This document shows positions 46,283 to 61,085 of a stretch of DNA of 64,000 nucleotides, one piece after another. Each line of letters starts with the position of its first letter. The first letter of the stretch is position 1. The stretch is from the human T2T-CHM13v2.0 reference genome, Homo sapiens: NCBI RefSeq assembly GCF_009914755.1, contig NC_060926.1; one strand, given 5' to 3'. The notes beneath the pieces were generated by a model. That model saw nothing but the letters and a program-made list of their open reading frames with translations. It was not told where the DNA came from and made no database searches. The position numbers and the translations under genes are program-made.

Positions 46283-48017
46283 TGAAGGAAGTAAGTGTCA
46301 ACCTGGACAACCTCAACTGGAGGATAAGACAGAAATTGAGTAAGACAGAAATCAAAATCAGAAGAAAGGAGTGGGATGCAAGAAAAAATAATGAACAGAG
46401 AAATTGGTTAAATATGTTAGCAAGCATAAATACTGAGTGTAAAATAATAAAAATAATGACGGATTAAAACTAAGGTAGGTCCAGTAGACAATAATAATGT
46501 GGAAGACAGGAAAAGCAAACTCAGTTACAGTATTCTAATGTCCGTATCTTCTGGAGAGGAGAAAATAAGGATAATATCTTTAAGATTTTATGGACAACCT
46601 CTTAAAAAGATAGAGATGGAGTCTATAACTTCCAACAGAATAAGGTAAAAATGAAGAGCGAGTTAAAAAAACACACAACTATTTAATACAATTGTAAAAG
46701 GAAAGAAAACAAGAAGCAAAGAGAAATGTGATAAATAGAAAATGTGAAATAATAGAACCAAAAAAGTTCAATGACATCAGGAATCATAATTAATGTAAAT
46801 GGATTAAGATAGCCTACTAAAAGACAAGAACTATAAAAACCACAATGAGCTACTGTAATACTACACACTTACTAGAACAGCTAAAACCCAACAAGCTGGT
46901 GACTCCAAGTGCTGACAAGGACTGAGAGCAACAGGAACTCTCATTCACTGCTGGTGGGAATGCAAAATGGTAAAGCCATTTTGGAAGATAGCCAGTTTCT
47001 TAAAAAGTTAAACACAGACTTACCACATGACCCAGCAATCCGCTAGGTACTTACCCAACTGCTTTAAAAACTTATGTTCACATAAAAACCAACTTACAAA
47101 TATGTATAGTACCTTTGTTCATAACTGCCCCAAAGTGGAAACAATCAAGATGTCCTTCAACAGGTGAACAGGGTAAACAAACTTGGTATATCCATAAAAT
47201 GAAACAGTATTCAGCAATAAAAAGAAGCTGTGGCTTCAATATGGATGAATATTAAATGTATTTTGCTAACTGAAAGAAGCCAGAATGAAAAAGTTACACA
47301 TATTTTGTGATTTCAGTCACATGACATTCTAGAAAGGGCAAAACCACTGGATGGAAAAATCAGTGGTTGCCAGAGTTTTGTGGAGATAGGAATGCTTAGG
47401 GGAACCACAGGAAAGTTTTTAGGGTGTGGAACTAATCTATATGATATTATAGTGGTGGGTACTGGATTCTACATACTAGTCAAAATGCACAGAACTTTAT
47501 AGTGCAAAGACTAAAGTTTAATGTACGCAAATGTTTAAAAAATCAACCAGGAGATCAGGACAAAAGAACCCAACTGTGGTGAAAGAATCTAACTGTACTC
47601 TACAGATAACTTTGGAAAATGATGTTCTGACTAGAAACCGTAAGACTAAAGACAAAAGAAATGTATATACAGTATTCTAGTAGGTAAGGTTTTTTTCTCC
47701 CACTAGTATGGGTTAAAAATTCTGAAACATCTGTGCAACTATACTGGGATTGAGGAAATAAATAAATGAGTAGTAGATGACAGGAGCTAGGTTTCTCACT
47801 GTTGGACAAAGTTTACAGATATGCAAGGGAGAAAGCTAAAATGAACCACATAATACTGGAGTAGAGTCAAAGACGTCAGTATGAACTCTTGTTTAGCTTA
47901 AATACAGTTGCAGAAGGACAGAAACAGAAATAGACATGTGTGCATAAATGGGTTAGTATACATATATGTATTTCCTAGCTCTGTCCATTGAGAGGGCCTA
48001 GAAACGGTAACACCCTA

Positions 48018-48482
<465 letters not shown>

Positions 48483-48943
48483 GAAGAAAAACAAACAAAC
48501 TGAAAGGATGAAGGCATGTCAAAGGCACCCAGGAGCCAACCTGAAAGAGCTCCCAATAGCTAAAACTGAAGCTGAAACAACTGGAGCAACAAAATAAATA
48601 ATGTAATACTGGATTATAACCCGAAGTACAAAATAAATATCTGTGAGTCCATACTGATTGAAATAAATGATTGAACAAATAAATAAATGGGAGAGAAGAG
48701 ACAAATTTCCCACACAGAAGAATTCAAAATAAGTAATGTCAATACTCCCCCCACCCAGCCTCAGGAGGTGAAGCTCAACTTCCTTCTCCCAAGCCCCTGA
48801 GTGTGGGCTACACTTAGTGATTTGATTCCAAAGAGTAGAGTATGGAAAAAAGACAGAAGAGGAGAGAAGCTCTATAGTGGAGAAACCTGGCAAACACGAC
48901 TTCTAAGCCATGTGATTAATGTTAACATCAACAGTGATAAGTC

Positions 48944-49242
48944 TTTTTTTTTTTTTTTCCGACGGAGTCTCACTCTGTCCCCCAGGCTGGATTGCAGTGG
49001 CATCATCTTGGCTCACTGGAACCTCCACCTCCTGGATTCAAGCGATTCTTCTGTCAGCCTCCTGAGTGGCTGAGATTACAGGTGTGTGCCACCACGCCCA
49101 GCTAATTTTTGCATTTTTAGTGAAGACGGGGTTTCACCATGGCCCCGTTGGCCATGCTGGTCTCAAACTCCTGACCTCAAGTGATCTGCCTGCCTCGGCC
49201 TCCCAAAGTGCTGGGATTATGACATGAGCCACTGTGCCCAGC
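48944..49242 (-). mobile_element. AluS
   Basis: Alu consensus; TSD cagtgataagtc. Confidence 0.92.
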
Positions 49243-50959
49243 CAGTGATAAGTCATATTGATAGCATGTGATAGCATGTACCCTGGATACGACATGATGA
49301 GAATGGCAAATCACCTCAGTGGTCTTTCTCCCAAAAACCCATAATCCTAGTCCAACCATTAAAAAAGAACAAACAGATAAGCCCAAATTGAGGAACTTTC
49401 TACAAAATATCTGACCAGTAGTTCTCAAAACTGTTAACACCATCAAAAACATGAAAAAAAGCAGGAGAAACTGTCACAGACCAGAAGAGTCTAAGGAGAT
49501 ACGACATCTAAATGTAATGTGGTAACCTGGATGGGATCCTGGAACAGAAAAAAGACAGTAGGTGAAAACTTGTGAAATCTGAATAAAACGTGTGGCGTTA
49601 ACAGTAATGTACCAATTTCTTCCTTAGCCATGACAAATGTTGCATACTAACGTAAGATAGTAACAATAGGAGAAACTAGGTGAGGGGTGTACAGAAACTT
49701 TCTGTACTATCTTAGTAACTTTTCAGTATATATAAAACTATTCTTAAGTAAGAAGTTTATTTAAAATGAGACAGTGACTATCAGATTGCATACTGAAACA
49801 AAATCAGATATATGTTCTTTATGAGAGACAACTAAAACTTGGAGAGACAAAGAATGAACATAAAAGATAAAAAAGATATTCAAGAAATACCAAGCAAAAG
49901 AGAGTTGGTGTCACCATGTCAATACCAGACAAAATTAGAATTTAAGCCAAAAGGCATTAACAGTTATAAAAGAGGAAAATACTTAACGATAAAAGGAACA
50001 ATTCTCCTGAAAAGCATAACAATCATAAAGATTCTAGCCACTTCATGGATACTGCTTCTAACTGCTGCACTAAAATGTATAGAATTAAAGAAGAAATAAG
50101 ACAAATTCACATATAGGAGCTTTTGACACACTGCTTATAAAGTGACAGATTAAGCAGGTTTTAAAAATCAGTTAAGAGTTTAGAAGATTTAAGTAACACA
50201 ACACAGTCTTCCAAGCACACAATTTACAAACTACCACATTACTATACCACAAAAATGGCCTCAAAAAATTCTCAAAGAAGGAATATAATTATAAATTATG
50301 TTCTCTGACCACAAAATAACATTTTAAGAAAATTTAACAATAAAATCTCAATATCAATGTTTTAATTTCAAAAAATAATCAATGGGTTAAAGAATAAATT
50401 ATGAAAATGTTCAGATATTTAAAAGTGGACAACAAAGAAAGCACCATGTATGAACACTTATGGGATGGGACTAAAATGGCATTAAATGAGCATGTATGGC
50501 TCTAAATGTACATTTTGAAAAAGAAGAAATAATATTAATAAAAGATGCATCTAACCACACAGAGATGATTGACAGTATCAAAATTGGTTGTTGGAAAAGC
50601 GAATCAAACCAATCAACCTAGGCTCACTATATGCTTAGTAATAGGTGTTTTGGAGACAGTGCATAAGTAAGGCACAATCCCTGCCGTCCATGAGTTCACC
50701 ATCTTCTTGGTAAAATAAAGAATTACGTGACAGCTAGAACACAAAGCTATATATGAGTTACAGTATTAAGGGTTCTCATCAGCAGTTTAAGCTAACATAC
50801 CAGATAATTAGCATCACACCCATCTCCCTGTTGGTCATGGAAACAAAGGCATAACCAATCACCGAATGTTAGGTTCAGCTGGTCCAACCATCTAGCTACT
50901 AGCTGGGAGCCCCAGTACAGCATCCTGAAAAACGTTCATCTGAATTAGTACTTAAACAT

Positions 50960-51105
50960 AATGAACATAGGAGTTTAACTGGGGATCTTGTGAAAATGCA
51001 GATTCTAATTCAAGAGGGTTGAGGTGGCCCAAGATTCTGCATTTCTAACCAGTTCTAAGCAATGCTGATTCTGTGGTCCAGAACCACACTTTGAGTGACA
51101 AGGTT
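50960..51105. mobile_element. MER5A
   Basis: ggggatcttgtgaaaatgcagattctaattc...gattctgcatttctaacc...ccacactttgagt. Confidence 0.75.
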
Positions 51106-52043
51106 CTCTAAACTGTGCCTGACCTCAGGAAATGAGTGCTTACTAACACTCCACAGCAACCTATTGCATCTGTGAAAGGTCAATCATTAAAAAAAGTGAA
51201 AAACGTTGTCAATTCTTAAATTTATACAAAAATACCAAAACATATTCACTTGAACATAAATTCTTGGGCAGACTTTTTGGTGGTATTTTGTTTCTTTTAT
51301 TAACTGAAATTTTAGATGTTTTTAGGCTTCTACCATCACTCCTGGTCTAACATACACACACAGGCTACCCCCCTACCCCAGCTTCTCTATATGAATTTTA
51401 AAATGACCAAACTTACTATGATCAGTGCAGTGATAGTAAGAGTTAACTTCTGAAATGGACAGACAACTGAAAATTATGCACCTCTACTCATGCTCTCATT
51501 CGGGAGGGAGAAGTAAAAATTTAGAGAAACAACAAAGGAGGAAAAGCTAGGACAAGGGGAGAGTAACAAAGTAAATCACACATTTTTCCAGAATAGAAGA
51601 AGTGATGATCTTCAAGACACATTTACTGAACAATATAGTCCTCCTTCTCTAATGAGGCTGTTGAGCTCTTGGGGAGGGGCGAGGGGTGTGAGTAAGAGCT
51701 TACCACTGCTTGGGGATTACAGGCTAGGGTACCACTGGTATTCATTTTCTTCAGAAACCTACCCAACTCAGTACCCTTTTGAGTTGGTGGGTGTGGATTG
51801 TAATTACATTTCTAATTTACTCTAAGAGTTTCCTTTGAAGAACATCAACTCAAATTTCTAGCATGTTCTTCCTAAATGTACATACTGAACACACATATTT
51901 GTACGCTCAATCATGAATTTTAATAAATTACTGCCTTGTATCTCTGTTCTCTATATGCACATCTAAAAATCAGACCTGATGACTATTTCAATTTTCTCTC
52001 AATCTGATCAATGCATACTTCTTTTCAGTATAAGAAAAATTTG

Positions 52044-52550
52044 GGGCTGGATGCAGTGGAACATGCCTGTAATCCCAGCACTTTGGGAGGCTGAGGCGGG
52101 AGAATTGCTTCAGCCCAAGAGTTCAAGACCAGCCTAGGCAACATAGTGTGACTCTATCTCTACAAAAAATTAAATTAAAATAAATAACTAAATAAACAAA
52201 CTTAAAAAACAATTTGGAGGCCAGGTGCAGTGGCTCACGCCTGTAATTCCAGCACTTTGGGAGGCCGAAGACATGCAGATCACCTGAGGTCAGGAGTTCT
52301 AGATAAGCCGGGCTAACATGGTGAAACACCATCTCTACTAAAAATACAAAAATTAGCCAGGTGTGGTGGTGCACGCCTGTAGTCCCTGCTATTTGGGAGG
52401 TTGAGGCAGGAGAATCGCTTGAACCTGGGAGGCAGAGTTTGCAGTGAGCCAACATCTCACTACTGCTCTCTAGCCCGGGCGACAAAGTGAGACTCTGTCT
52501 CAAAAAACACAAAAAACAAAAACAAAAAAACCCACAAAAAAACAAAAAAC
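52044..52550 (+). mobile_element. FLAM/Alu monomer (52044-52205) followed by AluS (52219-52550)
   Basis: Alu matches; TSD aaaaacaatttgg around the second element. Confidence 0.9.
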
Positions 52551-52686
52551 AATTTGGTAATTGGACAAGTAAATGTCTCACATATTTGAAAAAATCAGTT
52601 ATAAAGCAGGAAACTGAAACTGCATTTCAGAAACAAGTTAGATATAAAAATGACTATACATCCTGTAATCTAAGAAGAAAGGGCAA

Positions 52687-52991
52687 GCTGGGTGCGGTGG
52701 CTCATGCCTGTAATCCCAGCACTTTGGGAGGCCGAGGCAGGCGGATCACGAGGTCAGGAGATCGAGACCATCCTGGCTAACATGGTGAAACCCCGTCTCT
52801 ACTAAAAATACAAAAAAATTAGCCGGGTGTGGTGGCGGATGCCTGCAGTCCCAGTTACTCGGAAGTCTGAGGCAGGAGAATGGCGTGAACCCGGAAGGCG
52901 GAGCTTGCCGTGAGCGGAGATCAAGCCACTGCACTCCAGCCTGGGCAACAGAGCGAGACTCCGTCTCAAAAAAAAAAAAAAAAAAAAAAAA
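52687..52991 (+). mobile_element. AluY
   Basis: AluY diagnostics, long A-tail, TSD aagaagaa(a/g)gggcaag. Confidence 0.93.
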
Positions 52992-53971
52992 GAAGAAGGG
53001 GCAAGCATAAAGTCTATCTGCTATAAATGGACTAAAATTTACATGTAAAACTCATCTGTCTAAAGATTTTTTTAAAGGCTTAAGAAGTTAATAAGAAAAA
53101 AGTGTCAAACAGCACATGTAAGATGTTAATTATACTGATCTCTTTGAAGATTAACAAAGGTGATAGAATTTGCTGGCACTTGTAAACTCTTCGAAATCAC
53201 AACTTTTAAAAAACCTCTTAAATCCATTTGATATTAAAAAAAAAAAACTCCAAACAAATAATCTTAGACCTTTTTAGAAATATGATTCTCAGGAAGCTAA
53301 TGAAAAATGTCCCCCTCACCAGAAATTTTACTTTATAAAGATTAAAAAGGCATCCCAAATAGGAAAATGACCAAGATTCTAAATACCTATTCCATATGAA
53401 CATGGGCCCATCAGTAAAACATCTGATATCTGATGCCCATACATACCTCAACAACTGCTTCAGAGTGGTACCAGTTCAAGACTATAACACACAACCCACT
53501 AATTAATAAGGAAAAAAAAAGTGGAGGATGAAGCAGGAAGGCAACAATTGGCCAAAAAGGTGAACATTTGCAAGTACAAATTCATACCTCAATTAATAAT
53601 CCCATTCACTTGATGTAGAAAAGGCACAAAATATGCATGCTATTGACAGTAACAAGAGAAATTCAAGTAAGATTTAACTTATGTTTTTTTTTTCAAACAT
53701 ATGCCTTTGTCCAAAACAGAGAGCCTTCATTTTAATATAATAGATGTAGTTTTCCTTTTTTTCCCCAAATAGACAAAGAAAAACATGTATAAGAATTATT
53801 TGACAATTTCTAAAAGCAATAATAAGGATATGCTTTTAAAGGTCTTATTTGTATGCATCATACTACTTTGAGAGTCAAGTGACAGATTTACTACTGACTT
53901 TCTAGACATTTACATATATGAGGCATGTATAATATTTAAGGTCCTTTAAAAAATAATATTAACATAATTAC

Positions 53972-54275
53972 GGGCTGGGCACAGTGGCTCACGCCTGTAA
54001 TCCTAGCACTTTAGGAGGCTGAGACGGGTAGATTACCTGAGGTTGGGGGTTCAAGACCAGCCTGGCCAACATGGTGAAACCCCATCTCTACTAAAACATA
54101 CAAAAAATTAGCCAGGTGCCAGTGGCGCGTGCCTGTAATTCCAGCTACTCGGGAGGCTGAGGCAGGAGAATTTGCTTGAACCCGGGAGGCAGAGGTTGCA
54201 GTGAGCCGAGAGCATGCCACTGCACTCTCGCCTGGGCTACAGAGTGAGATTTCCTCTCAAAAAAAAAAAAAAAAA
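53972..54275 (+). mobile_element. AluS
   Basis: Alu consensus; TSD cataattac. Confidence 0.92.
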
Positions 54276-54984
54276 GCATAATTACTATCTCCGTCATGTA
54301 TGTTCAGTACCCGTTAGATTTATCCACGAGTTTCCTTTCTGAGGTCTGAATCTGGGAATATGGACAAAGCTTTATGCTTAACTCAAAGAAAACATTTTTA
54401 TGTTCTGGGTTAAGTTTTCAGTAGAACCTCTGTTTTTAGAGAAGATTCATTCACACAGCCTCTTGTCCCCCACCCAAGAGAGGATCAATGAAACAGACAG
54501 CAACTGTACCTAGCAATTCATCAGTGTTTCAAGTAAAGAAGTGAGAAAATTTTAATTATGTGTCATTTTCCGAAGCTTCCTTAGGTAAACAGAAACTAGA
54601 ATGTTATGCTCTCTGACTCTGAGGAGGGCAGAATTCAGTTTCAACTATACATTATGAAAGTGGATGAGAGGCAGGTTGGAACAAGGACATGAAGCAAGCT
54701 ATAAGAAGCTAGGATTTTAAAAGTGAGCTGGCTTATATGTTCATAACACTTTTCCAGTAGAAAGACAGAAAGAGAGGAAGGAAAGTGCCTCCTTAGTGAC
54801 TCCAGTCTGAGTTTTGTATCCCCCTACCTTTTCATTAATGCCTATGCACAGCTCACTGTAGTATGCTGAGCCACAACTTCTGCCCGGGTCAGGAATGGTT
54901 TCTTTGGTGGTTGCTGGTATTTAAGAGCTGTATCACACCTTGTCCCACAGGATGATGGGGAAAATCCATAGGTACCATGGAACA

Positions 54985-55178
54985 AAGGTTCTCAACTAGG
55001 GGCAATTTTGCCCCCGCCTCCGCCCCCTGCCTCCCTAGGGGACATAGGGAAATGTCTAGAGACATTTTTGGTTGTTGTTGTCACAAATGAAGGAGGGGTG
55101 CTACCAAACACACCACATTGCACAACGCACACACCCACAACAAAGAATGTCAAGAGTGCCGAGGCTGAGAAGCCCTGC
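54985..55178 (+). mobile_element. MER20
   Basis: ggttctcaactaggggcaattttgccccc...aatgtctagagacatttttggttg...aatgtcaagagtgccgaggctgagaagccctg. Confidence 0.85.
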
Positions 55179-56344
55179 CACAAAAGCAAAGGGTGAAGTG
55201 GGTAGCAATACAGAGAAATGCAAGAATGTCATGAACAACAATATGGTCTAAAATAGGAAAAGAGTTTTATTACTTATTTAAACTTTCCTTTAAGCCTGTG
55301 TGTCAATTTTACTTCAGGCATCTGGGGTGGCTGCCAAATTGGCTATACTCAACCACAGTGCTTTTAAATGGTCAGCTGTGTCCTTAGTAACTCAAATACG
55401 TTGGGTGCCATAAATATATCTAAGAGCTATAGCACAAGTACATAAACGTGCAATCTCAAATATGCTATCCCAATAAAAACAAAGGTCTTACTTTTGGCCT
55501 ATTCCATTTGCATATACTAAAAACAAATAACAACAAATAATACTATTTTTATTGGTTGGGAACCACCAAACAAATCCCTTCACATTATGGGACCACATAC
55601 CATCAGATATTTTACAGGGATTCTAGGAAATGACAAAAGCCTGACAGTGTACCCACGGTGAGATGTTTTGTTGTGTTGCATAATTTTTAAAGTATATTCA
55701 GAATTATCGTCAGTCATATGAAGTCTCAGACAGTAAGAGTGGAATGGCTCGCAGGGGATGGAAAGCATATCTTCCAAGATGAAAAAAAAACTTGGAATGT
55801 GCTAGATTAATCTATCTAGGAGGATCCTGTATCTCCTTTCACTTTATGAACTTCAAATTTCTCCCTTCCCATGATAAAAGAGTCCTTTGTCTCAGACAGT
55901 GTGAGACACTGATTCCTCAAGTTTCCAGTGGGATCTGAGGGAGAGGATGTAATTCAAAACAAAACAGGTGCAAGGAATAACAACCTGATAGGCAAGAACT
56001 CTGCCCTTAAAAATTTGAGCTAATCTCAGCTCTTATAATCTTTAACATGATCTACAGGAAGGCAGAGAACACAGTGACTGACCGGAGGAACCTCTCTGTG
56101 AAATATGATAACACATAAAGTCAAAATTGCTGAAAATGGACTTATTTGTCTCATGCACTCACACATCAATAGGAATCCTCATGTTTTACAGTATTATTTC
56201 AATGTACAACATTAATTTTTTTAAACACAGTTTTCTTTAGCTCAAGGTCTTTTACTCACCATCTACACCAGTGATTCTTACATTTTTAATCATAACCCCC
56301 TCACCCCCCGCCCGTAGCAGTGGTGGTGGCAGTAGCAGCAAGTA

Positions 56345-56590
56345 TTAATAATAGCAACTAACATTTACTGAGCATTTACTATATACCAGAGACCTTGCTA
56401 CCCACTTCCCGCATATTAACTCATTTAATCTTCGCAGCCACCCTATGAGGTCATTTTATTTTCCCATTTACAGAAGAAGTGGAGGCACAGAAATTAAGTA
56501 ACTCACCCAAAATAACACAGCTAGTAAGCAGCAGAGCTAGGATCCAGAGGGAGACAAGCTGGCTCCAGAGTCCACTCTTACCTACTACCT
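56345..56590 (-). mobile_element. MIR
   Basis: cccatttacagaagaagtggaggcacagaaattaagtaactcaccc core. Confidence 0.8.
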
Positions 56591-56707
56591 GAAAGGACCT
56601 TTCTGAGCACATGCTCCCAGCTTTTGTGTACTTATTAACTTAGAAATTATATATTATTCTATTAATACATTATGTACATTACATATCAAATGTAAAATAA
56701 TAGCTAA

Positions 56708-56840
56708 AAGCCAGGTACACCTGTAGTCCCATCTACTCTGGAGGCTGAGGCAGGGGGACCACTTGAGCCTAGGAGCTCAAGGCCAGCCTATGCACCATAG
56801 CGATACCCTAGTCTCTAACAATAACCATAATAATAATAAA
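56708..56840 (+). mobile_element. FLAM/AluJ monomer
   Basis: Single Alu arm. Confidence 0.75.
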
Positions 56841-57099
56841 ACAGGATGCGATAAAAGAAATAACACACTAACGTATTCTTCCACATATATTATTGTCTTG
56901 CAAACCCCACTTTGAAGGCTACAGGCCTACAGAGCCCAAACTGCTTGGCCCGGCATTTGTGGTCTCTCACATGCTGACCTGCACCCACCCTGCCATTCAC
57001 ACATCCTCTCTCCTTGACACAACAGGCTGGTCTGCTCACTGCCTCCTGCAAACACTTTCTGATGCCCTCCTCCATGCCTGGGCTCATACCATGTCCCTT

Positions 57100-58480
57100 G
57101 CCTCAAAAACAGAAAGCTAGTTTCAAGGTTTATCCCAAGGCCCAATGTTCCCCTGAAGCCTTCTCTCATGTCTCCAGTCCATCCTGGTCTTGCCTCTCAG
57201 ATGTGTGATCTCGGCCACATGCTTGGTGCACATAACATGTAGCCACGTATTTCTGTGTAATTGTCTGCAGTGTCAATGGTTTATTTTCCAGGTAGCTCAT
57301 AAGCTTCTTGAGAGCAGAGAATATGCTATAAATTTTCTTTGTATCCTCCACAGTACCTGACATAGTATGTACTTAACTTCACAATAAATATTTGCTAAGC
57401 AGAAGAATAAACATTCTCCACATTTACTCTACATCTCTAAGGCCCAGGTCCAGAGGGTTAAGGTAAAGGTCATACCAGAAAGCAGAGGAAGTAATATGAT
57501 GGATACTTTGCTCTTTGCCTAAGCTCATCAGAACCATGACAGACTGACGGTATTCACGGTGATTCCAGAAGAAAAGGGTTTCAGAGTCCCCAGCAGTCCT
57601 GGCATCTATAGTATGACCACCTCGCTTTAGGGAGCTCTTAAGTTTCTAAAGTAATGGCATCCTTCCTGGCCTTGTTTATCCACTACTGCCCACTCTGTTG
57701 GCACTTTCCTATGGGTAAAGATAGTCTCAAACATGCAGTTGGTATACCTGCTTACAAATGTCTGCAGCCAGCACAGTTTCAGAAGAAAATATGTCTACCC
57801 TTTACCTTTATTCAAAAAATAAGAAAGTTTTCCCATGTCTTGTGATAGAATTTTGCTCAAACGTTTCCAATGACGACTATTCTGACATGCCAACTGCCCT
57901 CCTCTCCTATCTATTCCTGATTCCCCTTAGCCTACTCTACTTGTTCCGTTGTCCGCAGCAACGATTACCTTCTAACAAACTATCTAATTTACCTATTATA
58001 TTTACTATAATAAGTTCTGATATGTTTTATTGAATGTTTATTTCTTGAACATTTCTTACTGTCTCCCTGCTGCTGGAATATAAGTACACTGAGAGCAGTA
58101 ATCTTGGAGGGCAAGGATGTGTCTCTTCTGTTCTCTGATATAGTCCAAGCACCCAGAACAGTGCCTGGCACGTAGCTGGTGTTCAATTAGCAGTTGTCGA
58201 ATGAATAAATAGATGACATCAAATCCCATTTTACCCACAACCCGAAGGCCCCAGATAGAATCCTTCTCCCCTGACAATATTCCTTTTCCTCATCCAGAGA
58301 AGCAGTATACTACAGTGGCTAACTGCACAAGCTCAAAAGCTTCAAACGATCCTGGGCTTGAATCTCAGTTTTGCTTTTTACCATTTAATCTTGCATAACT
58401 TTAGTGAAATCGCACAACCCCTCTTGTTTTCAGTTTTCTCACCAGTAGGATGGGAATAACACCTATCCTCCAGAAGAGGC
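57100..58480 (+). mobile_element. Two L2 3' ends (ending at about 57410 and 58210) and a MIR (58298-58480)
   Basis: acagtgcctggcacgtagctggtgttcaattagcagttgtcgaatgaat; MIR core. Confidence 0.7.
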
Positions 58481-58979
58481 TCTGTAGGAACTCAGTGACT
58501 GGTACATCACACTCACACACATACATCACATACACACACACTCTATCTCTCACTGAAAAAAATATATATTTTTCCTCTTTTTGCTATTAATTCCCCTACT
58601 CTGATCCTGAACAGTTACAAACACCTGAGGACACATCAAATGGCAAATCTCTAAGTTTCACTTGCCCCTGACTGATACTCTGAGTTCTGAGCACTTCAAA
58701 ACAGCAGTACATTGCTTGGGGAACAACCACACAGTGCAGTACAGTCAATGCTCCAGAACCTGGCAGCTAAAAGCTGTCTCCAACACCCAGCAAAAGCTCC
58801 CTAAGTAACAGACACCAAATAAAAGCTTTTGGATGTTTATAAGGAAGGGATTAATTCATCTTCAAAAGTAGCATTTTAATTAAAAATGACTTTTTTGGGC
58901 TTATATCCAGAAAGGAATATATTGCCAAAAGGTAAGATTTAACAAGGTTTAGTCCTTTCTTTAGTTTTTTTTTTAAGAG

Positions 58980-59192
58980 CCCAATGCTTCCCAATCCTTT
59001 TCACATCAAGGCACACATAGAAAGTAATCTTTCTTTGGCACTCTGGGATAAAACCAACGATGCTGCTCCCAGCTGCAGGTGACTGCCTAGAGGCTCCAGC
59101 CCTGCCAGGCCACACTCAAGACTCCCTGAGAGCTGAAGGAATCAATAAATACCTTGGCACATCCATAGCCACGCCACTGGAGAAACTCTGCC
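58980..59192. mobile_element. hAT-Charlie MITE (MER112-like)
   Basis: Termini caatgcttcccaa...ggagaaactctg; subfamily uncertain. Confidence 0.45.
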
Positions 59193-60786
59193 TTAACCCT
59201 TCTTGGACTAGGGACCTTTCTAGCAACTTAAGATTTTTCTCCTTTCACACTAACACAAGTCCTCAAAAAGAAAGAATAAATCTGGCCACCTGACAAGAGT
59301 GAGCATTTTCTTTAAATTATGACTCATTCCAGAAAAAAAGCACACAGACCAGAAATCCATTTATAACTTACAGCATCAGCATAGTTTCATGCTTTTGTTT
59401 TTGATTTTCCATTCTGAAATAATATTTTCGAGGCATAAAACAAACAACAATGGAGACGGCCAACATCTTAGGTCGCCAAATGGAATCTATCAAGAAATGT
59501 TCCATTTCTGGACAGCTGGACCGTTTTATGTTTCACAATTTTGTAGTTTTAAGAAATATAAATGACATTAAAATTCTTAAAGCACTAAGACATTGACTCA
59601 TATGGTTACATTTTTAAAAGATGGAAATAATTCTTTTATATTTAATCACAAGTTTTGATGTAACAGTAATATTAACAGAAATATATATACATATCTTTTC
59701 TATAAATGTTCATTTGCTTCCTTATTTAAGAAACTCCAGTAGAGTTGACACTTAAGGTTACCTCTATCACTGATTTTCTACTTGCTTCCACTGCTCCTGT
59801 CTGTAGAATAGAGTGAAGGATGGTTGGTTCCATCCCTGCTTCTTGCACAGTGATTCCTTCATACAACTAGCTGGCCGAACTAGCCTACCTTTACTTCTTT
59901 CTTTGTTTTCTGGTTTTCTTCCCGTAAAGGTAATGCTAAAGTCTACTCCAGTTTCGGTCTTCATGTGTCCCATCCAGCCCAACACTACTGTTCCCATCAC
60001 GTAAAGATTCTGGCTCTACAGTAAACACAGAATCTATTGGGGTGCTCCAGACTCAAGCAGAAATGGCCTCAGTTTCAGTCTCCTTTTATGCCTGATGCCC
60101 TGTCTGGCATTGTATCTTCTGTCTCCTCTTCATTTCTGTTACTCATATGATCCCTGGTCCCCGAGGGCTCACTTGGCTTCTAATCCACAGCTCTCTTTAA
60201 GTTTGCATCAAAGGCAAACTCCTTGTGTTTTCACCAGTGCCTAGGACAGGGTAAGCAAGCTACAGTGTCTGCTGAATTAAATTCAGTCTTGACCACCTTC
60301 TCATGGTCCTATCAGTTCCTAGATCTAGGATCCATAACTCCTATGGTTACCCAAGTTTGAGAGGTTTTGTCAAACCCTTAAGGATGACAGAAGGTGGGGC
60401 AACTATGGACTTGGCTATAGCCTAGGTCCCAAGGGAGGATCTGTATTTCCAGATACAGATTTAGTAGCATTAAATGGAAGACCAAAGAGAAATGATGACA
60501 GAGAGATGAGTAGAGAGGGGAGGGTACAATATACCTTTCACGGGTCGCAGCTTCCCTGGGTTTCACTGACTTCTTCTGTCTCAATAACACAAATAGATTT
60601 ACTTTGTTTCCACTGTATCATAACATACCCAATTAGATTTAAGGAGAGCAACTGAGTGATAAAGTATATCTTTAGATGGATCCTTGGTTTATTTTCCTTA
60701 GCCATAAAAAGCTGTTATTCACATCAGAGGCAGCACATTCTAAAGAAAATAGGAACACAGGCTTTAGAGTTTAATATGTTATCTCA

Positions 60787-61085
<299 letters not shown>

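Noticed and set aside
59890-59936. Plus-strand pyrimidine tract followed by AG|GTAATG
   Set aside because: Antisense to THADA, with no evidence here for a plus-strand transcript.
60317-60330. 14-bp perfect palindrome tcctagatctagga, and a 9-bp hairpin at 44003-44024
   Set aside because: Palindromes and hairpins of this length are expected by chance in 64 kb.
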